Assembly: GCA_025558095.1 (NCBI GenBank)
Contig: JAIVFI010000004.1
Span: 496,001-560,000 of the forward strand
Direction: 5' to 3'
Origin: Hyaloraphidium curvatum SAG 235-1
Lineage: Eukaryota; Fungi; Monoblepharomycota
Length of the DNA: 64,000 nucleotides
Shown one piece after another: positions 58,390-64,000 of this stretch; within the stretch, counting starts at the first letter, position 1, and the number at the start of each line of letters is the position of its first letter. The translations under genes were made by a program, and so were the position numbers. The notes beneath the pieces are model-generated. The model did not search any database and was not told the origin of the DNA. It worked only from the letters and a program-made list of their open reading frames with translations.

Positions 58390-59730
58390 TTGCTTCCGCT
58401 CGGCCGCCAGCAGCTCGCACACGCCCTTGTGCCGCGGCCAGTGGAGCGGATGGCATTCCCTGGTGCAGTACCTGACCATCTTGCACCGCGAGCACCGCTG
58501 CATCTCCTTTTTCGGGTCGCTCCAGAGCGCCCTGCACTGGGCGCACTCGGAAGGCAGAGACGGAATCTCTTTCCTCCACGCGATCATTTCCTTGTGCATG
58601 GCGGCGTCCGCACCGTCCCTGGACTTTGCGCTATCGAACACCGGGTGGGGGGAAACGACGACGACAAGATGCGACAGCACGTCGTCCACGGTGCCCTCGA
58701 GCTGGTTGGGAAACCGGCCGGCGTCCTCGCCGGCGCCGTCTCCCCGGTGCCTTATGCTCCCTCGCGGCAACACTTCCACCACACGAAGGCACTAGAAAAT
58801 GATCCGCAATCAGGCCAGCAATCTCACGTGGTCGACAAAGTTGGAGAGGGCTCCGTCCATGCTGACGAGCAGCATGGCGTTGAGGTCGCCACGGTCTCCG
58901 GAGAGGCGGCGCGCGCGGAAAATAGCACGGACGTAGTGTTTGCGCGCCTTCGAGTGCCCCGAGCTGAAAGCGATGGGGAAGGGGAAGCCGTCCCTCATCA
59001 GGCTCCAGGACAGGAAGAGGCGGCAAACACGCCCGTTGCCGTTGCCGAATGGGTGTATGGTGACGAGTTCGTAGAAAAGCCACGTCGCGAGCTCGATGGG
59101 GTGCAAGAGGTTGCGCCGCGTCTCGTAGAGGTCGACAAGCTTTGCGACCGCGGACTCCACTTCCGCCCCGGGCAGGTACTTGTACGAGTCCGCGTGCACC
59201 TCTTCGCCTGGGCCCCTGAACCGCCCCACGACGACAGGTTGATGACTGGTTCCGTCGATGGAACCCTCCATGGCGAGTCGGTGGGTGTCTAGGATGATCT
59301 GCGCCGAAAGGGGCGAGTGCGTACGGTGCACCAGGAGGTGCTCGGCCGCCCGCGAAAACTGCCAAAGCTGACGGTCGCTGGACGCTAACGTGCCGTGCCC
59401 GCCCTCGGCATCCCACGGAACGGCGGAGGGTTCCGAGCCGGGGCTGCCTTGTAGGAAGCCGCGGATGCGCTCCATGGTGGGACCCTCCACTGCTCCCTCA
59501 GGAAGCGTACCTTCTAGGCGGTTGGCGTCGAACACGAGTATTTCCAGCTGCCGGCGCAGAAAAATCGGGAGCAGGCGGGAAGAAGCAACGGAATCGGCGG
59601 TCGGCCCTCGAACGACTACTGCGCAGACTGCCTTCGAGTCCTCTTCCCAGCGACGGTCGGGAGCGTCCCAGACGACGCCGTGGGGATAGCCGACGTCCTT
59701 CGCCCACCGCTCGCGGAGCGCCGTCTCCAT
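58390..59730 (-). CDS. Fic-domain protein, probably spliced to a C-terminal MYND zinc finger
   Basis: Fic motif HPFGNGNGRVCR in ORF 58810-59730. A 36-nt GTGAGA..TTCTAG segment (58827-58792) joins it in frame to CAQC...RCSRCKMVRYCTRECHPLHWPRHKGVC. The 3' end is undefined. Confidence 0.7.
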
Positions 59731-59854
59731 TGTTGCTGGTGGAGAAGCGCGACAACAATCGCGAGCGAAGCTTGCGCGCGCGCTCCATCGTGCACCAAAC
59801 GTCCCCGAATCTGCCCCCGCGCCCCCCCTCCCCCCTCGCCCACGGAGGAAGGCA

Positions 59855-60205
59855 ATGGCGCCTCCGCAGGCCCCGGGAAATTTTCAGATTTCATGCGCTC
59901 TATGTGACAATTGCGTCGTCTGCAACAGGAACTGCAGGCAGCGCGTCGCCCACGAGTCCACGCTCCAGAAGGCCGGCCGCCCTTCCGATTACTTGCGCTG
60001 GATCACCTTGAGCCGTGACGGTGCCGAAATTTGCGGCACGAAAATCAAGGGACAGGAGAAGCTCCAGGCCGGCGACCACTCCGTGTGCAAGACGTGCTAC
60101 GAGGCAGTCCGAGCTGCCTGGAGGGCAGCAGGCGTATGTGACTTTTCGCGGGCAGTTCTTTCCCCCGTTGACGCCCGCCGGTGGCGCGCTGGAAACGGAC
60201 GTTGA
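59855..60205 (+). other. Short Cys-rich ORF of unknown status (gene fragment?)
   Basis: CALCDNCVVCNRNC...HSVCKTCYEAVR; divergent from the Fic gene. Confidence 0.3.
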
Positions 60206-60612
60206 GATGCATACGCATGCTTTTCATGCAATAAAACCCGTTGGGAAATGCATGGGTAGTGAGATCCCCTGCGGGGGGGCTTCCGGGCCGGTGGGGGCCA
60301 GACCCAGGCTGGAGCACGCGCCCAACACCCCCTCGCCCCCCCGCGCTCCCCCGTCCACCTGGGCGGGTTCCGCAGGCGGCGGTCACCACCGCGGTGACGG
60401 CGCGTGCGTTCCTGTGCGGGGGCGGCGCGGCGCGGCGGCAGGACGAGGCGCGGTGGGGGCAACCCGGCGCCGCTCCCCGTCGGACCTCCCTCAGCGCTGC
60501 ACCCCTCGGCGCCCTCGACCGCAGCCACGGTCGACGGCGGCGGACATGAGAATGGCGGACATGAAGGGGGACGGCGGCGGCAACACGGCTGAGGGGTGGG
60601 AGGGCGGGCGGC

Positions 60613-61224
60613 ATGCCGGGACCGCGGTACCTTCTCGCGCCCGGCGCTCCCCGCGACAGGTTCGACGCGCGGGAGGCATTTGCCGACAAGGAGCGCGAGG
60701 AGGACACGTACGACGATCTGCCTCCGCTCGAGTACATCGAGGAGGACGGGGAGGAGGGGAAGGAGGGGAAGGAGGAAGAGCAGGGCGGAAAGGGTTCCGA
60801 CGAGGTCGCTGCTCCCGAGCAGGCGGTTTGCCCCGTGCCCTACAAGGTCGCCACCCTCGTCGGCCTCGTCGAACTTCGAGCCTGCCCCTCGGACCCGCTG
60901 TTCCTCAACCACGCCCGGCCCGGGATCTGCACGAAAGCGGACAGGTACGGGCTGCTTTCGCCGCCCTGGAACATCCAGCTGATGCCTGCCCGACGACATG
61001 TAGCGTCGGTGGACCGCCGCTTGGGGACTCCAAGGTGTTCGACGCGGCCGCGGTCGGCGACGAAACCGTGGGCACGACGAACGTGTGGGTCTCGGGCCGC
61101 TTGTCTGCCTCCGGAGTCGGCTCACGCCCACGCATGCTTCCGCAGGTGCGACGTTACCGGCTTTCACGTCAAGCCCATCTTCGGCACGTGCAGGGTCGTC
61201 GACGTCGACGTTCCCCGCACCTGA
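60613..61224 (+). CDS. 3' exons of an unknown protein; start not located
   Basis: Acidic segment YDDLPPLEYIEED. Two phase-consistent introns give ...CTKADSVGGPPLGDSKVFDAAAVGDETVGTTNVCDVTGFHVKPIFGTCRVVDVDVPRT*. Confidence 0.4.
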   Translation: MPGPRYLLAPGAPRDRFDAREAFADKEREEDTYDDLPPLEYIEEDGEEGKEGKEEEQGGKGSDEVAAPEQAVCPVPYKVATLVGLVELRACPSDPLFLNHARPGICTKADRYGLLSPPWNIQLMPARRHVASVDRRLGTPRCSTRPRSATKPWARRTCGSRAACLPPESAHAHACFRRCDVTGFHVKPIFGTCRVVDVDVPRT

Positions 61225-61520
61225 GATGGCCCGATCCGCTGCAAGCTTTAGCTTGGGCGAGCGGGTGGCCGGCGGAATGGGGTAGCCTGGTGGCGGCTTG
61301 GCATAGCAGTGCGTGATGGAGGGCGAGTCTGCGGCGTGGCAGAGCGGAACACACAAGGTGCAACGGCATCAACAAGAGGCCCGGCAAAAGCATGAGCTGG
61401 ATTTGCTCGGGCTGCCAGCAAGGGAAAGGTGGGCACTGGATGGTGATTCGTCACGACCGTTACCATCCCTAAGCCACCACGCTAGAAGATGGCGCCCAAC
61501 AGGCTCCGAAGAAAGCACGC

Positions 61521-62484
61521 ATGAGCAAGAAGCATCAGACGCAGAGCACCGTGCCCAAGCCCGCCGTGGTCGTCGAGGAATCCGAGCACGACTCTGTTTG
61601 CCCCATTAGAGCATGCCAGGTGGAAGGCAGGAACAAATATGAATCTTCTCCACCAGATTGGCGGCATTTGTTCTCGAGCTCGGGGCACACGGGCGGTTCC
61701 AATTGGGGGCAGTGTTTTGTGTGGAGCGCGCGGAGGGGTGGGCAGGCTTTGCCATAACGGGCAGAACGAAACCAGGACAATCACTCGAACCCCAAAGCCG
61801 TTCGCAGCTCCGTTCTACCGAGCGCCATGTCGTCGCCCCCGGAAGCTGCTCAAATGAGCTTAACTAGTCAGCTGGCACGAGTTCAGCTCCCGGGCGGCTC
61901 GGCGGTGGTCGACCTCGACGTCCCGCTCTCCTTCGTGACAGTTGAATTCCAACTTCAAGAGAAGTCCATTCATGCTAGTGGTCAACGGCGACGACAGCAT
62001 TGCGTTTCTGCTCGGGGCCGTCCCTTCCCCCTCGCCGATATCTCGGCGGCGCCCTTCCCTGGACCTTTCGACCGGTGGATTTTGGATGTTAATTCTCGGG
62101 AATGGACAACAGGTTCGTGCTCGTGCAGATGGAGTCGTCGGAGCGCCGCCGCCGCCGAGAGACCGGACCGGGCCTTCCAAGGAGACGGTAAGTCGGGAGT
62201 TTGCGGTCCTCCCACCGGGCTTCGGCCCACGGCCCGCGCCTGCCTCAGTGCGCGGCCAAGTTCGCTTTTGGAGTGCGCTGACCCGGCGTACGCGAACGTG
62301 CGGTGCCTGCGTCGCAAGCTTGATTTTGCCACAGAAACCGAAGGAGTTCCTCAAGGAGCGTATCACGGCTCTGCTCCGCCAGATCGACGAGGGGACCATG
62401 ACTCAGGGCGACATCAACCAGATCAGCACGCGGGTCTTGGAAGTCTACGTACTATTCTGCGCGCGTAATGCGTTGCTCCTTTAG
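61521..62484 (+). other. Possible unknown gene or pseudogene; structure unresolved
   Basis: Coding-like segments LARVQLPGGSAVVDLDVP, FMLVVNGDDSIAFLLG and KPKEFLKERITALLRQIDEG...*, with a GTAAGT..ACAG intron at ~62188-62334. There is an apparent frame change near 61940. Confidence 0.3.
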
Positions 62485-63175
62485 TGCAGATGGCCGCGCA
62501 GAAGCTGCTCCCAGACGGGGGCACGGGGAACCAAGGCGTGCAGTCCGTCCGCCGGCGGTTGCCGTCCCCTCCCCTTCCCTCCCCGGGCGCCGACCCCGCC
62601 CCGCCACACCGGCACCGCTTCCGGCGCCTCCCCCCGCACCTCGCCGGGCCGCTCCCTCCCCCGCCGCGCAGCCCGCGGACGGCGTGCGCGTGTTTGCTTC
62701 GGGGCCGCATTGGGGGCTGGTGACCGCGGGCGGTCCGCGGGTCTTCCGATCCAAACCAAGCGTTCGCCGCCCGGGTCAGGACGGACGGGAGCGGATGGGT
62801 GCGAATGGGGAGCACGGATGGTGGATGGATGCTCCGAAGGAAGTGGATGGGAGGGATTGGGGCTGGATGGTGGGGACGGGGAGGGAAGGGGACCGGAGGG
62901 AGACGGTGGCGGGGTGGGGAGTAGATCGAGGGACCGGGTGGCCGTTTGGGGCCAGCGGGACGGCAGATGAAATCGATCTCGATACGCAGGAAAGAATCCG
63001 GCACCTCGGCCACGGGTTGAGCGGCGGCACCCTGGATTTCGAGGGTCGGGATACCGTTGCCCAGTTTCGATGATTGGGACCCGCGTACCACGACCGATCC
63101 CATCGGAAACCGTACGGAGGGGCGGGCAGGAGTGGTGCAGCGGCCCGTCCCTGTGCGGCCGCGGGACATCCGGCG

Positions 63176-64000
63176 ATGCGGCAGCGCGGCGCGGGGCCCG
63201 CGGGCCCGTCAGTGGAGGGGACGCGGGACGGCGCCGCGCCGGCCGACGACGAGAACTCGCTGCGCGCGCTGACGCGGGCGGTTGTGCGCGTGCTGCAGCG
63301 GGAGGGCGCCGCGCCGTACGGCGACGTCGTGCGGTGCGCGGCGGTCGAGCTGGGAAGGCACGGCGCGCAGGGGCCGCAGGGAGGGCAGCCCGGCCAGCCC
63401 GCACGCGACGACAAGACGCTGCGCCGCCGCGTGTACGACGTGCTGAGCGTGCTGGCTGCCGTCGGCGCGATTTCCCGCGACGGCCGCACGGTCGTCTGGC
63501 GCGGCATGCCCTCCCCGAACCCCGCTCCCCCGCCTCCCCCTCCCCCGGCCCCCTCCCTCCCCACTGCGGACCTCGCCGCCCTCGTCGCCGAGAAGCGCCG
63601 CGCCCTCCAGCGCGCCCGCGAGGCGCACGACCTCCTGCGCTCGCTCGTCACGCGCAACGCGCTGCGCCCCTCGCCCGACGAGCGCGCGCGGGTGCACCTG
63701 CCCTTCGTCCTGCTCGTGTGCGAAAAGGGCACCGAGGTCGACATACAGACCGCGGACAACTCGCACGAGGTGCTGTTCCAGTTCGACGGCGCGTTCGAGG
63801 TCCTCGATGTGGGTTGCTGCCCCGGCACTGTGGAAAACACCTCCCCTGACCACCTCTCCATTGCTTCGCAATGTTTAGGACGCAGCGACCCTCCGCATGC
63901 TCAACCTCCCTCCCCCCATGGACCTCCCCGCCCCGGACCTCCCCCATCCCTCCCCCGCCCCACCGGATCCCGACCCCGCCCCGCTGGACCCCGATCCCGG
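63176..64000 (+). CDS. TFDP: DP-family transcription factor (E2F dimerisation partner); runs off the right edge of the window
   Basis: Manual translation from ATG 63176: SLRALTRAVVRVLQ...YGDV...DDKTLRRRVYDVLSVLAAVGAISRDGRTVVWRGMP...LVTRNA...VHLPFVLL...DNSHEVLFQFDGAFEVLD-D, i.e. the DP DNA-binding and DP dimerisation domains. Confidence 0.85.
   Translation, partial: MRQRGAGPAGPSVEGTRDGAAPADDENSLRALTRAVVRVLQREGAAPYGDVVRCAAVELGRHGAQGPQGGQPGQPARDDKTLRRRVYDVLSVLAAVGAISRDGRTVVWRGMPSPNPAPPPPPPPAPSLPTADLAALVAEKRRALQRAREAHDLLRSLVTRNALRPSPDERARVHLPFVLLVCEKGTEVDIQTADNSHEVLFQFDGAFEVLDVGCCPGTVENTSPDHLSIASQCLGRSDPPHAQPPSPHGPPRPGPPPSLPRPTGSRPRPAGPRSR

Noticed and set aside
60240-60262. ...GGGTAGTG resembling a CACTA transposon right end
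   Set aside because: No matching left TIR in non-coding sequence (CACTACCCAT at ~15112 lies inside the GYF exon) and no transposase.
61636-61672. ESSPPDWRHLF resembling ETAPADWRQVY from the 37.8-kb repeat
   Set aside because: Too short, and neither of the conserved DNA boxes is present.
1-64000. Hundreds of long overlapping or antisense ORFs in the track (e.g. 15273-16748-, 31250-32725-, 57586-59292+)
   Set aside because: These are shadow frames caused by high GC3 and a shortage of stop codons; they are Arg/Gly/Pro-rich, lack motifs and lie opposite identifiable genes.
1-64000. tRNA/rRNA genes and Fanzor/TnpB
   Set aside because: No cloverleaf, rRNA or RuvC/zinc-ribbon TnpB signature was recognised by eye; a tRNAscan/Infernal/HMMER run would be needed to exclude them.

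Overview
Gene-dense, GC-rich eukaryotic DNA with many short (~45-70 nt) GT-AG introns. The retained MMAB (cobalamin), DP (E2F/DP) and RAB3GAP2 genes, together with fungal-type OSM1, a hybrid histidine kinase and an AYR1-like SDR, point to an early-diverging (chytrid/monoblepharid-like) fungus. Most of the window is ordinary housekeeping genes: CDC16, THP3/LENG8, UTP4, MMAB, RNA14, TOM40, a GYF protein, a beta-lactamase-like hydrolase, MATE, OSM1-cytb5, a single-chain acyl-CoA carboxylase, a histidine kinase, RAB3GAP2, VPS4, an SDR, an F-box protein, BCKDHA and DP. The main candidate for something undescribed is a two-gene cassette at 25.6-32.5 kb. Its gene A encodes an ~1013-aa acidic, multi-zinc-finger protein. 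Its gene B is a spliced ~1104-aa protein with two tandem serine-recombinase (resolvase)-like domains and a Cys-rich tail. A decayed, internally deleted copy of the same cassette lies at 38.4-40.1 kb, next to a three-unit ~290-bp repeat. Also notable are a tandem triad of intronless unknown genes (two with an N-terminal PAM2 motif) at 46.8-50.4 kb and an apparent Fic-MYND(-CotH) chimera at 57-59.7 kb. All calls come from manual motif reading, and exon boundaries were inferred by eye; no searches were run.
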